Shown here piece after piece: positions 11,112 to 22,990 of a DNA stretch of 42,288 nt. The stretch's first letter is position 1, and each line of letters opens with the position of its first letter. Below the pieces are notes generated by a model. The model saw only the letters and a program-made list of their open reading frames with translations, was not told the origin of the DNA and made no database searches. The DNA is taken from contig PQAG01000055.1 of NCBI GenBank assembly GCA_003104895.1, positions 1 to 42,288 on the forward strand. Reading direction: 5' to 3'. The position numbers and the translations under genes are program-made. The stretch is from Nitrosomonadales bacterium (lineage in GTDB: Bacteria; Pseudomonadota; Gammaproteobacteria; Burkholderiales; Sulfuricellaceae).

Positions 11112-12028
11112 ATGAACCCACGCGCATCCTGCTGGCCGAAGACGAAGAGATCACCGCCATCATCATTCAGAACCTGCTCGGCACCCAGGGCTTTCAGGTC
11201 ACGGTCTGCGCCGATGGCCTTGCGGCCTGGGAATGTTTGCAGGCGGACCGCACTGGCTTTGATGCCGTCCTGCTGGACAGTGGACTGCCCCGCATGGACG
11301 GGATGGAACTGCTACGCCGGATCAAGAGCGACCCTGCCCTCGTTCACATCCCCGTCATCATGGAAACTGCCCGGGACGACAAGGAAAGCATCCGCGAAGG
11401 GCTGTCCCGGGGGGCCTATTATTACCTGACCAAGCCACTGAAGGCCGAAGTGCTGGTGGCCGTGGTCAACGCCGCGCTGCAGCAGAGCAGGGAATTCCAC
11501 GGCATGGCCGGCGGCGTGCGCCAGGCCGAGCGTCTGCTCGCCTTGCTGCAGGCTGGCAGTTACCGTTTCCGCGATCTCGAAGAAGGACGTCTGCTGGCCA
11601 ATTATCTCGCCCGCGCCTGTCCGGAACCGGAGCGGACCATCCAGGGCCTGCAGGAACTGCTGGTGAATGCCGTCGAACACGGCAACCTGGAAATTTCCTA
11701 TAGCGACAAAAGCGCGCTGGTCCTGGCGGACTCCTGGGAAGAGGAAATCCAGCGCCGCCTGCAGTTGCCGGAATACCGTGACCGCTATGTCGAGGTCCAT
11801 TTCAGGCGCCAGCCGGAATCCCTGCAATTTACCATCCGGGACCAGGGCGAGGGTTTCGACTGGGCAAAGTATCTCGATTTCTCGCCGGAACGCGTCTTCG
11901 ACCTGCACGGGCGCGGCATCGCCATGGCCCGCAAACTGAGCTTCGACCAGCTGGAATACCAGGGCGACGGCAACACCGTGATCGCAACGGTCAGTTTGCC
12001 CCCGCCCAACCTGGCTCAAGGCTCATAA
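11108..12028 (+). CDS. response regulator receiver fused to a GHKL (RsbW/SpoIIAB-like HATPase_c_2) ATP-binding domain
   Basis: REC domain (ILLAEDEE; AVLLDSGLPRMDG, Asp codon 57 at nt 11276-11278). C-terminal N-box ELLVNAVEHGN, G1 box RDQGEGF and G2 box GRGIAMA, with no HisKA/DHp H-box. The start overlaps the upstream stop (ATGA). Confidence 0.85.
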   Translation: MNEPTRILLAEDEEITAIIIQNLLGTQGFQVTVCADGLAAWECLQADRTGFDAVLLDSGLPRMDGMELLRRIKSDPALVHIPVIMETARDDKESIREGLSRGAYYYLTKPLKAEVLVAVVNAALQQSREFHGMAGGVRQAERLLALLQAGSYRFRDLEEGRLLANYLARACPEPERTIQGLQELLVNAVEHGNLEISYSDKSALVLADSWEEEIQRRLQLPEYRDRYVEVHFRRQPESLQFTIRDQGEGFDWAKYLDFSPERVFDLHGRGIAMARKLSFDQLEYQGDGNTVIATVSLPPPNLAQGS

Positions 12029-12041
12029 CCATATAGCCGCC

Positions 12042-14423
12042 ATGCCAGCCGACGCCGCTCCGAGCAAGCCATCTGCCTTCTTTCACTCCGGCCCGCTGCT
12101 GCCTTTCGTGCTGCTGGCCGCCGTTATTCTCGTTCTGACGGCAGCCGGTATCGGCTACTCCTTCATCGAGGAGCGCGACAAGGAAGTGGCCCGGCTGCAG
12201 ACCATCGCCGGCCTCAAGTCCCAGCAGATCGCCGCCTGGCTCGCTGAAAGGAAGGGCGAAGCCGGTTATATCCCGGGCAGCCGGCTCTGGCAGGAGACCT
12301 ACCGCCGCTGGCGCGAAGGCGGCGATACGGCCAGCCGTGACCAGCTGCGCGCGCGGCTCGACGAATTCTGCGAGCAGGACGACTTCCAGGATGTCATGAT
12401 GGCGGGCGAAGATGGCGAGCTCCTGTGGAGCGCGCGTGGCGCTCAGCTCAGCCCCTCCCCGCCGTTGCGGGAAGCGGTGCGCCAGGCCGTCACGGGACGT
12501 GCGGCCGTCCTGCTTGGCCCCTATCGCGATGCGGCCGGCCAAATGCAGATTGACTTCATCGCGCCCTTCCCGGCGCTGAACGGCCGGACGGGGATGGCCG
12601 TGGTGTTCCGCGCCGGCCCGGCGGGGTATCTGTTTCACGCCCTGCAAACCTGGCCGGTGCCGAGCGAAAGCGGGGAGGCCCTGCTGTTCCGGCGCGACGG
12701 CAACCAGGCCCTGTTCCTCAATGAGCTGCGCCACAGCAAGGACTCAGCGGTGAAATTGCGTATCCCGCTGGAGCGCAATAATCTGCTTGCTGCCCGGGTG
12801 CTGCGCGGCGAGATCAGTCCGGGCGGCCTGGTGGAAGGAGAGGACTATCGCGGCGCGGCGGCCATGGGCGTGGTCCAGGCCATCCCCGGTACCGGCTGGT
12901 TCCTGGTTGCCAAGCTGGACCGGGCCGAGCTCTATGACGAGGCCATGCGGCATGCAATCTGGATCGGCCTGGCCGGCCTGCTGGTCCTGTTTGTGGCCGC
13001 TGCCGGTTTTTTCCTGCTGCGCCAGCGCCAGCAACTGGCCCTCGCTGCCGGCGTGCAGCAATCCCAGACGGAGCGCCTGCGTGCCCTGAGCTTGCTGTCC
13101 GCCATCGCCGACAGCTCCGAGGACGCCATTTTCGCCCTGGACCTGGAGGGCAGATTCATACTGCTCAATCGCACTGTCGAACGCGGCACCGGCAAATTGG
13201 CACAAGAGATTCTGGGCCGCAACGAGGCCGCGATATTCCCGCCCGAGACGGCGCATCGCCAGATGGCTGATAACCGCCGGGTGATCGACAGCGGCACAAC
13301 CGTGGATTTCGAGGAAGTCGTGCCCCTTTCATTCGGTGAGCGAGTTGTTCTCACCAGCAAGAGCCCCCTCCGCGACGAGTCCGGCAAGGTCATAGGACTG
13401 CTGGGCATTTCCCGCGACATCACCGAGCGCAAACGGATGGAAGAAGCCCTGCGCCGGGAGCGCGACCGCAGCCAGCGCTATCTCGATACCGTGCAGACCC
13501 TGATCGTCGCACTCGACGCCGAAGGCCGCATCACCATGATCAATAGCGCAGGCTGCCAGCTATTGGGCTACACGCAAGCAGAACTGCTCGGCCGCCAATG
13601 GTTCGAACATTGTCTGCCGCAGCCGGAAGGGATGGAGAAGGTCTATTCCGTGTTCAGACGCATCATGGACAGTGATCTGGAACACGCCGAGTTCTTCGAG
13701 AATCCTGTCCTGTGCCGCGACGGCCGCCAGCGGCTGATCGCCTGGCACAACGCCTGTCTCACCAACGAGGCCGGCGAGATCATCGGGACTCTCAGTTCGG
13801 GAGAGGACATCACCGAGCGCAAGCAGGCCGAAGCGGCCTTGCGCGAAAGCGAGGCCCGCTACCGTTCGGTGGTGGACAGCGTCAAGGAAGTGATCTTCCA
13901 GACCGACGCCCAAGGAATGTGGACCTTCCTCAATCCGGCGTGGACCGAAATCACCGGGTTCACCATCGATGAAAGCCTGGGCAAGCTGTTCCTCGATTAC
14001 GTGCATCCGGACGACCGCCAGCGCAACGCAGAACTGTTCGAGCCGCTGATCCAGCGCAAGAAGGACTACTGCCGCCACGAAATCCGCTACCTGCACAGGG
14101 ATGGCGGATTCCGCTGGATCGAGGTCTATGCCCAGCTGACCCTGGATGAGAAGGGCCGCATCGCCGGAACCTCCGGTACGCTCAGCGATATTACCGCCCG
14201 CAAAACCGCCAAAGAGGCTCTTTACCAGCAGGCCGAGGAACTGCGCCAGCATAACGCGGAACTGGAGCGCTTCAACCGTGCCACGGTAGGGCGCGAGCTG
14301 GACATGATCGCGCTCAAACAGCAGGTCAATGCGCTATCCCGTCAACTCGGGGAGGAGCCGCCCTACCCGCTGGCCTTTCTCGAAGACCCATCCGCGCAGC
14401 CGAAGGAGGGCGAGGCGCAATGA
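12042..14423 (+). CDS. membrane sensor: 2 TM flanking a periplasmic domain of about 260 aa, then multiple PAS domains; no transmitter or other output
   Basis: TM1 is around residues 18-41 and TM2 is AIWIGLAGLLVLFVAAAGFFLL around residue 305. At least three PAS S-box units, each ending in the ITERK/ITARK signature (DITERKRMEE, DITERKQAE, DITARKTAKE). The C-terminal coiled-coil segment is AELERFNRATVGRELDMIALKQQVNAL. There is no H-box or ATPase motif. Confidence 0.85.
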   Translation: MPADAAPSKPSAFFHSGPLLPFVLLAAVILVLTAAGIGYSFIEERDKEVARLQTIAGLKSQQIAAWLAERKGEAGYIPGSRLWQETYRRWREGGDTASRDQLRARLDEFCEQDDFQDVMMAGEDGELLWSARGAQLSPSPPLREAVRQAVTGRAAVLLGPYRDAAGQMQIDFIAPFPALNGRTGMAVVFRAGPAGYLFHALQTWPVPSESGEALLFRRDGNQALFLNELRHSKDSAVKLRIPLERNNLLAARVLRGEISPGGLVEGEDYRGAAAMGVVQAIPGTGWFLVAKLDRAELYDEAMRHAIWIGLAGLLVLFVAAAGFFLLRQRQQLALAAGVQQSQTERLRALSLLSAIADSSEDAIFALDLEGRFILLNRTVERGTGKLAQEILGRNEAAIFPPETAHRQMADNRRVIDSGTTVDFEEVVPLSFGERVVLTSKSPLRDESGKVIGLLGISRDITERKRMEEALRRERDRSQRYLDTVQTLIVALDAEGRITMINSAGCQLLGYTQAELLGRQWFEHCLPQPEGMEKVYSVFRRIMDSDLEHAEFFENPVLCRDGRQRLIAWHNACLTNEAGEIIGTLSSGEDITERKQAEAALRESEARYRSVVDSVKEVIFQTDAQGMWTFLNPAWTEITGFTIDESLGKLFLDYVHPDDRQRNAELFEPLIQRKKDYCRHEIRYLHRDGGFRWIEVYAQLTLDEKGRIAGTSGTLSDITARKTAKEALYQQAEELRQHNAELERFNRATVGRELDMIALKQQVNALSRQLGEEPPYPLAFLEDPSAQPKEGEAQ

Positions 14424-17158
14424 ACGGGCGCCTGGTACTGGCCATCCTGCTGCCTTTTCTGGCGCTGGCGCTGCAATGGGTGCTGTGGCCCTGGATCGCC
14501 CCCTTCGTCTGGTTCCTGTTCTTCCCCGCTGTTTTTTTCAGCGCGCGCCTCGGCGGCCTCTGGGGCGGGCTGGCCAGCACCGCCCTCAGTACCGCCATGG
14601 TCTGGTTCTTCTTCATCCCGCCGCAGTTGAGCTGGGCGATGGACAACCCGTCCAACCTCTACTCGGTCTGCCTGTTCCTGGTCATGGGCTATCTGTTCAG
14701 CGATGCCCAGGAGCGTCTGCGCCGCGCGCAGCGGAATACCGAGGCCGCCCTGGCCGAGACCCGCGCCGCCAGCGATAAGATCACCCAGCTTTACCGGAAA
14801 ACGCTCGAACTGGACGAACTCAAGACCCAGTTCTTCGCCAATGTCAGCCACGAGTTGCGCACCCCCCTGACCCTGATCATGAGCCCTCTGGCCCGGCGCC
14901 TTGCCGCAGCCGGCCTGCCCGAGGCGCAACGGCGCGAAGACGAGACGATGCTGCGCAATGCGCGGCTCCTGTACCGCCACGTCAGCGACCTGCTCGATGC
15001 CGCCAAGCTGGAATCCGGCCGTATGGCCGTCGAGTATGCGCGTCTCGATATCGGCGGGTTGACGCGGGCGATGGCCTCGCATTTCGATTCCCTGGCCCGG
15101 GAAAGGAACATCGACTACCGCATCGAGGTGGCCAACCCCCTGGATGCGGAGGCGGATGGCGAGAAGCTGCAACGCATCCTGCTCAACCTGCTTTCCAATG
15201 CCTTCAAGTTCACCCCCGAGGGCGGCCGCGTCGAGGTGAACCTGCGCGAGGAGGGCGGCGAGGCCGTCTTCGAGGTGCAGGACAATGGCCCCGGTGTGCC
15301 GCCTGATCTGCGGGAAGCGGTATTCGAACGGTTTCGCCAGGCGGAGGGCGGCGCCCAGCGCCGTTTCGGCGGGACCGGCCTGGGCCTGGCCATCGTCAAG
15401 GAATTCGCCGAACTGCACGGGGGTACAGCGAGCGCGGCCGAGGCGCCCGGCGGCGGCGCCCTGTTCGCCGTCCGGCTGCCCCTGCATGCACCGGCCGGCA
15501 CCGTCATCCAGAACGCGGCAAGCCGGCTCGACCCGGTTATCGATCGTCAGGCCATGGATGAATTGCGCCTCTCTGCGCGGGACACCGTGTCCCCAGGCGG
15601 CGCGCAGGCCGGGGCGGACGCGCCCCTGGTGCTGGTGGTCGAGGACAACGCCGACATGAACGACTTCATCGCCGATACCCTGCGGCCATACTACCGGGTT
15701 GCCTGTGCCCATGATGGGCGCGAAGGCCTGGAGAAGGCCCTGGCGCTGCAACCCGATCTGATCCTCAGCGACGTGATGATGCCGCGCCTGAGCGGCGACC
15801 AGATGGTGCCGGAACTGCGCCGGCACCCGGGCATGGCGGACGTGCCCATTGTCATGCTCACCGCCAAGGCCGACGACGAACTGCGCGTGCGCCTGCTCAA
15901 GGAAGGCGTGCAGGATTATCTCAACAAGCCCTTCCTGGTGGAGGAACTGCTGGCGCGGGTGGGCGGCCTGGTGGCATCGAGACGGCGTGCAGTTGAGGCG
16001 CTGAGCCATAGCGAGGCGGCATTGAAAGAGGCGCAGCGTCTGGCCGGTTTGGGCAACTGGGAGTGGGACCTCAGGACCGGGGCGCACACCTGGTCGGAGG
16101 AGATCTATCGCATCTACGGCCGCGATCCGGCCCTGCCTCCGGCCATTTACCCTGAGGTTCAGCAGTATTTCACCCCGGAAAGCTGGGCGCGCCTCGCTGC
16201 CGCAGTGGAGAAGGGCATGACGGAAGGGGGTATCTACGAATGCGATGCCGAAGTGATGCGCCCCGACGGCACCCGCCGCTGGATCGTCGCCCGTGGTGAA
16301 GCCACGCGCGATGCCGAAGGAAACGTCATCAGTCTGCACGGCACGGTGCAGGACATCACCGAGCGCAAGCGGGCAGAGGAAGAAATCCGCCGCCTCAATG
16401 AAAATCTGGAGTTGCGCGTGCAGCAGCGAACTGCCGAACTGACCACCGCCAACCGCGAACTCGACAGCTTTGCCTACGCCGTCTCCCATGATCTGCGCGC
16501 GCCGCTGCGGGCCATGAGCGGCTTCAGCCAGGCGCTGGCGGAGGATTATGGCAGCCAGTTGCAGGGCGAGGCACGGGTTTACCTGGACCAGATCGGACTG
16601 GCCGGCCGCAAGATGGGCGAGCTGATCGACGGCCTGTTGCTGCTCTCGCGCAGCACGCGCGGCGAGTTGCAGCACGATGCGGTGGATATTTCCGGCCTGT
16701 CGGAACGTCTGCTGGCCGAACTGGCGCAAAGCGAGCCCGGACGTCAGGTGGCGGTGCAGGTCGAAGCCGGGCTCCAGGCGCGTGGCGATGCGCGCATGGT
16801 CGAGGCGGTGATGCGCAACCTGCTCGGCAATGCCTGGAAATACAGCGCTCACGCCACTGCGCCCGGCATCCGCGTTTATGCCGAGGAATGGGGCGGCGCA
16901 CGCCACTTTTGCGTCGCCGACAATGGCGCAGGTTTCGACATGGCCCACGCCAGCCGGCTGTTCCAGCCCTTCCAGCGCCTGCACCGCCAGGACGAGTTTC
17001 CCGGTATCGGCATCGGCTTGGCCACCGTGGAGCGCATCGTGCACCGCCACGGCGGGATCATCGAGGCGCGGGGCGAGCCGGGCAAGGGCGCAGCTTTCTG
17101 TTTTACATTGCCAGGCATGCCCGCGGATACGGCGCAGGGCGAAAAGGAGAATGAGTGA
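14420..17158 (+). CDS. hybrid histidine kinase with two transmitter cores: membrane DUF4118-like domain, HisKA-HATPase, REC, PAS, HisKA-HATPase
   Basis: N-terminal hydrophobic KdpD-type module. H-box 1 is NVSHELRTPL (His144, nt 14849-14851) with [21 protein letters not shown] is VLVVEDN...DLILSDVMMP (Asp451, nt 15770-15772). PAS ends in DITERKRAEE. H-box 2 is AVSHDLRAPL (His690, nt 16487-16489) with GIGIGLATVERIVHRHGG. AGGAGG RBS; ATGA overlap with the upstream gene. Confidence 0.9.
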   Translation: MNGRLVLAILLPFLALALQWVLWPWIAPFVWFLFFPAVFFSARLGGLWGGLASTALSTAMVWFFFIPPQLSWAMDNPSNLYSVCLFLVMGYLFSDAQERLRRAQRNTEAALAETRAASDKITQLYRKTLELDELKTQFFANVSHELRTPLTLIMSPLARRLAAAGLPEAQRREDETMLRNARLLYRHVSDLLDAAKLESGRMAVEYARLDIGGLTRAMASHFDSLARERNIDYRIEVANPLDAEADGEKLQRILLNLLSNAFKFTPEGGRVEVNLREEGGEAVFEVQDNGPGVPPDLREAVFERFRQAEGGAQRRFGGTGLGLAIVKEFAELHGGTASAAEAPGGGALFAVRLPLHAPAGTVIQNAASRLDPVIDRQAMDELRLSARDTVSPGGAQAGADAPLVLVVEDNADMNDFIADTLRPYYRVACAHDGREGLEKALALQPDLILSDVMMPRLSGDQMVPELRRHPGMADVPIVMLTAKADDELRVRLLKEGVQDYLNKPFLVEELLARVGGLVASRRRAVEALSHSEAALKEAQRLAGLGNWEWDLRTGAHTWSEEIYRIYGRDPALPPAIYPEVQQYFTPESWARLAAAVEKGMTEGGIYECDAEVMRPDGTRRWIVARGEATRDAEGNVISLHGTVQDITERKRAEEEIRRLNENLELRVQQRTAELTTANRELDSFAYAVSHDLRAPLRAMSGFSQALAEDYGSQLQGEARVYLDQIGLAGRKMGELIDGLLLLSRSTRGELQHDAVDISGLSERLLAELAQSEPGRQVAVQVEAGLQARGDARMVEAVMRNLLGNAWKYSAHATAPGIRVYAEEWGGARHFCVADNGAGFDMAHASRLFQPFQRLHRQDEFPGIGIGLATVERIVHRHGGIIEARGEPGKGAAFCFTLPGMPADTAQGEKENE

Positions 17159-17598
17159 TGAATGCCAAATCCATCCTGCTGGTAGAAGACAACCCCCAGG
17201 ACGAAATGCTCACCTTGCGCGCCCTGCGCCGCGCCAACCTGGCCAACCGGATAGACGTGGCACGGGACGGTCAGCAGGCGCTGGACTACCTGTTCCGGCA
17301 AGGCGAGTTCGCAAACCGGGAAGGTCCCGCCCTGCCCGCCGTGGTGCTGCTCGACATCGGCCTGCCGCGCCTGTCCGGCCTGGAAGTGCTGGAACGGCTG
17401 CGCGCCGATGCACGCACGGAACTGCTGCCGGTGGTCATTCTGACATCCTCCGACGAAGAGCAGGACCGCCTGAAGAGCTATGAGAACGGCGCCAACAGCT
17501 TCGTCAGGAAGCCCGTGGATTTTGCCGAATTCGCCGAGACCGTGGCGCGCCTGGGCGTGTACTGGCTGATGACCAACGAGCCGCCGCAGGGGCGATGA
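17158..17598 (+). CDS. single-domain response regulator (CheY/Rcp1-like)
   Basis: [24 protein letters not shown] (Asp66), FVRKP. AAGGAGA RBS 7 nt upstream. The ATG overlaps the upstream TGA (TGATG). The GTG at 17155 is an alternative start. Confidence 0.9.
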   Translation: MNAKSILLVEDNPQDEMLTLRALRRANLANRIDVARDGQQALDYLFRQGEFANREGPALPAVVLLDIGLPRLSGLEVLERLRADARTELLPVVILTSSDEEQDRLKSYENGANSFVRKPVDFAEFAETVARLGVYWLMTNEPPQGR

Positions 17599-17605
17599 AA
17601 GCGCG

Positions 17606-20770
<3,165 letters not shown>

Positions 20771-20790
20771 CCTTAACCCAACAAGAAACA

Positions 20791-20820
20791 AAAAAGGCCT
20801 GCATTTCTGCAGGCCTTTGT
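20791..20820. terminator. bidirectional intrinsic terminator
   Basis: Perfect hairpin AAAGGCCTGCA-tttc-TGCAGGCCTTT, flanked by an A-run upstream and T-rich sequence downstream. It can therefore terminate both the + strand kinase operon and the minus-strand tRNA-Lys. Confidence 0.7.
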
Positions 20821-20826
20821 CTTGTC

Positions 20827-20902
20827 TGGTAGGTCGTGGCAGATTCGAACTGCCGACCAACGGATTAAAAGTCCGCTGCTCTACCGGCTGAGCTAACGAC
20901 CC
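20827..20902 (-). tRNA. tRNA-Lys (anticodon UUU)
   Basis: The reverse complement folds as a 76-nt cloverleaf: GGGTCGT/TA/GCTC-AGCCGGTA-GAGC/A/GCGGA-CTTTTAA-TCCGT/TGGTC/GGCAG-TTCGAAT-CTGCC/ACGACCT-A-CCA. The anticodon loop is CU-UUU-AA and the CCA end is encoded. Confidence 0.95.
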
Positions 20903-20916
20903 AAACGAGAGTCGGC

Positions 20917-20944
20917 ATTTTACTTTATTTATCGTCCTTGTCAA
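20917..20944 (-). promoter_or_regulatory. sigma70-like promoter for tRNA-Lys
   Basis: On the minus strand: TTGACA, a 16-nt spacer, then TAAAAT. The -10 element ends 14 nt upstream of the tRNA 5' end. Confidence 0.55.
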
Positions 20945-20975
20945 TCAGGATGTAGAATATGCCCTTATTTCAGCC

Positions 20976-21863
20976 TTGGAAATTGACTTGGAAAACCGCG
21001 ATAGTCTGCAACGATTCCTGTTCGAACACGCCGCCGTGCGCGGTGAAATTGTCCATCTGGATACGACCTGGCAGGCGGTGCTGGAGCGCCGCGAGTACCC
21101 CCCCGTGCTGCGCGGGATGCTGGGCGAGCTGATGGCGGCAGCAGCCCTGCTGGCGGCTTCGCTCAAGTTTACCGGCTCCATCATCCTGCAGATGCAGGGA
21201 GAGGGGGCGGTCAAGCTGCTGGTGGTCGATTGCATGAGCGATTTGACCATGCGCGCCATGGCGCACTGGGAGGGCGAGGTCGCGGGCGGATCGCTGGCGG
21301 AGTTGCTGGGCAACGGGCGCTTTGTCATCACCATCGACCCGCGCGACGGGCGCAAGACCTACCAGGGCATTGTCGACCTGGCGGGGCAGTCGGTGGCGGA
21401 TGCGCTGGAAGATTACATGAGCCGCTCCGAGCAGCTGGATACCCGTCTCTGGCTTGCGGCGGACGAGCAGCAGGCCGCCGGCATGCTGCTGCAGAAGATG
21501 CCGCAAGATCACGAGGCCGATCCGGATGCCTGGCAGCGTGCGGTGCATTTCGCTTCCACCCTGACGCGCAGGGAGTTGCTGGGCCTGCCGGCCCGGCAGA
21601 TCATCCACCGTCTGTACCACGAAGAGGATATTCGCGTGTTCGACCCCCAGGCGGTAAATTTCCATTGCCCCTGCTCGCGCGAGCGCGTGGCCGGAATGCT
21701 GCGCATGCTGGGCCATCAAGAAGTGCAGGCGATGTTGCAGGAGCAGGATGCGATAGAGGTGGATTGCGAGTTCTGCAACAGGCATTACGTCTTTGACAAG
21801 GTGGATGCCGAGCAGGTGTTTGCCTCGGCTGTGCCCGCCGAGGCGCCGCAGAATCTGCATTGA
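20976..21863 (+). CDS. hslO: Hsp33 family redox-regulated chaperone
   Basis: LQRFLFEHAAVRGEIVHLD aligns with the E. coli Hsp33 N-terminus. The C-terminal zinc centre CPCSRE...CEFCNRHY is present. A TTG start at 20976 is required, because there is no in-frame ATG until about codon 48. Confidence 0.9.
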   Translation: MEIDLENRDSLQRFLFEHAAVRGEIVHLDTTWQAVLERREYPPVLRGMLGELMAAAALLAASLKFTGSIILQMQGEGAVKLLVVDCMSDLTMRAMAHWEGEVAGGSLAELLGNGRFVITIDPRDGRKTYQGIVDLAGQSVADALEDYMSRSEQLDTRLWLAADEQQAAGMLLQKMPQDHEADPDAWQRAVHFASTLTRRELLGLPARQIIHRLYHEEDIRVFDPQAVNFHCPCSRERVAGMLRMLGHQEVQAMLQEQDAIEVDCEFCNRHYVFDKVDAEQVFASAVPAEAPQNLH

Positions 21864-22255
21864 TGTCCCATTCCACGGCTGAAAACAAGCTCCGCATCGA
21901 CAAGTGGCTGTGGGCAGCGCGCTTTTTCAAGACGCGCTCGCTGGCTTCGCAGGCGGTGGATGGCGGCAGGGTGCACTGCAATGGCGAGCGCATCAAGCCG
22001 GCGCGGGCCGTGCATGCAGGCGATGAACTGCGCATCCGCCAGGGGCCCTATGAAATCACCGTTCTGGTGCGCGCCCTGTCGGAGCGCCGCGGGCCGGCCA
22101 GCGAGGCGGCGCTGCTGTATGAGGAAACCCCCGAAAGCGTGGCGGCACGCGCTATCCTTAAGGAACAGCTGAAGGCCGAGCCCGCTTTCGAGCACAAGGG
22201 CCGTCCCACCAAGCGGGACCGCCGCCATATCATCCGTTTTACCGAAGGTCATTGA
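21863..22255 (+). CDS. hslR: heat shock protein 15 (ribosome-associated S4-domain RNA-binding protein)
   Basis: LRIDKWLWAARFFKTRSLA... and RRGPASEAALLYEET closely match the Hsp15 pattern. The ATG overlaps the hslO TGA by one nt. Confidence 0.88.
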   Translation: MSHSTAENKLRIDKWLWAARFFKTRSLASQAVDGGRVHCNGERIKPARAVHAGDELRIRQGPYEITVLVRALSERRGPASEAALLYEETPESVAARAILKEQLKAEPAFEHKGRPTKRDRRHIIRFTEGH

Positions 22256-22256
22256 A

Positions 22257-22805
22257 ATGCCTGCTTTACCGGAAAAATCCCAGCAGATCCTGCAGATCCA
22301 CGCCGCGCTGATCCACCGTGTGGTGATGGCGTGTCACCAGCGCGATCTGATTCCATCTCTAACGCCGTTCATCAAGGCATCGGAGGAAAATGGCTGGGTC
22401 GCGCTCATGAAAGCGGTGCGCCAGATCCTCAACGGCAAGCGCGACACTAGCCTGCTGAATGGCCTGGATGAGGAGGACCGCATCATCGTCGAGGCGATCC
22501 TGGAAGGCATCAGGAATCCGTCCAGCCTGCCCGATCCGCAGGCCAGGGCCGATGCGGTCGCGGCCGCGCCGGGGCTGGCAGCGATGATCAGGGCTTCCGC
22601 CGGCGGCGATGCCCAGGCTCTGCAGCTATTGGCCAGCATGGCCGGGCAGATGAGCGGCGCCGGCGGCGACATGGCGCGCCTGGCAGCCATCATGCGCCGC
22701 CTGGTGAACGGCGAGCGCGATGCCGAGTTGCTGACCCGGGGCATGGAGGCTCAAGGCAAGGGGCTGGTGCTCTCCATACTCAGGGAGCTGGAAAAGCCGG
22801 CTTGA
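22257..22805 (+). CDS. hypothetical protein (182 aa), apparently co-transcribed with hslO-hslR
   Basis: It starts 1 nt after the hslR stop, with GAAGG upstream. The protein is soluble and Ala/Leu/Gly-rich, with no motif I recognise. Confidence 0.55.
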   Translation: MPALPEKSQQILQIHAALIHRVVMACHQRDLIPSLTPFIKASEENGWVALMKAVRQILNGKRDTSLLNGLDEEDRIIVEAILEGIRNPSSLPDPQARADAVAAAPGLAAMIRASAGGDAQALQLLASMAGQMSGAGGDMARLAAIMRRLVNGERDAELLTRGMEAQGKGLVLSILRELEKPA

Positions 22806-22990
22806 GCTGGCTGGACATGCCGCTCCTTGGGCAATTTTTTATCTATGAGTTTTTGTTATCACCTCATAAAAATTTGTGAGCAACTGATAGTTGAGGGGTC
22901 CAGTTTCGAATTTTATCCAGTACAATTGCCCCTTTGTTTTCGGCGGCTTGCTGACAAGCCACCGGTTCGGGATTAGGGCGCTTAATTTAG

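Noticed and set aside
14400-14430. The possibility that the 12042 and 14420 genes are one gene split by a frameshift or sequencing error.
   Set aside because: The downstream ORF has its own strong AGGAGG RBS at optimal distance and a canonical ATGA stop/start overlap like other junctions in this operon, so a genuine two-gene arrangement is more likely. It is kept as a check under the relevant finding rather than asserted.
14363-17050. An 895-aa ORF on the minus strand, antisense to the dual-transmitter kinase. Similar very long antisense ORFs occur at 4991..6586 (531 aa, opposite purF), 7635..9092, 6769..8013, 26162..27502, 18128..19216 and 9990..11081.
   Set aside because: These are typical high-GC shadow frames. 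They are Arg/Ala/Gly/His-rich with no recognisable motifs and no RBS. Each exactly mirrors a sense-strand gene that carries unambiguous family motifs.
22843-22960. Small inverted repeats upstream of ccmA: TATGAG-N13-CTCATA at 22843-22868, and GGCTTG-ctga-CAAGCC at 22945-22960.
   Set aside because: They are short (6 bp) and AT-rich or isolated, with no adjoining U-tract and no recognisable operator consensus. This is compatible with chance in a 185-bp AT-rich promoter region. They are noted but not called as features.
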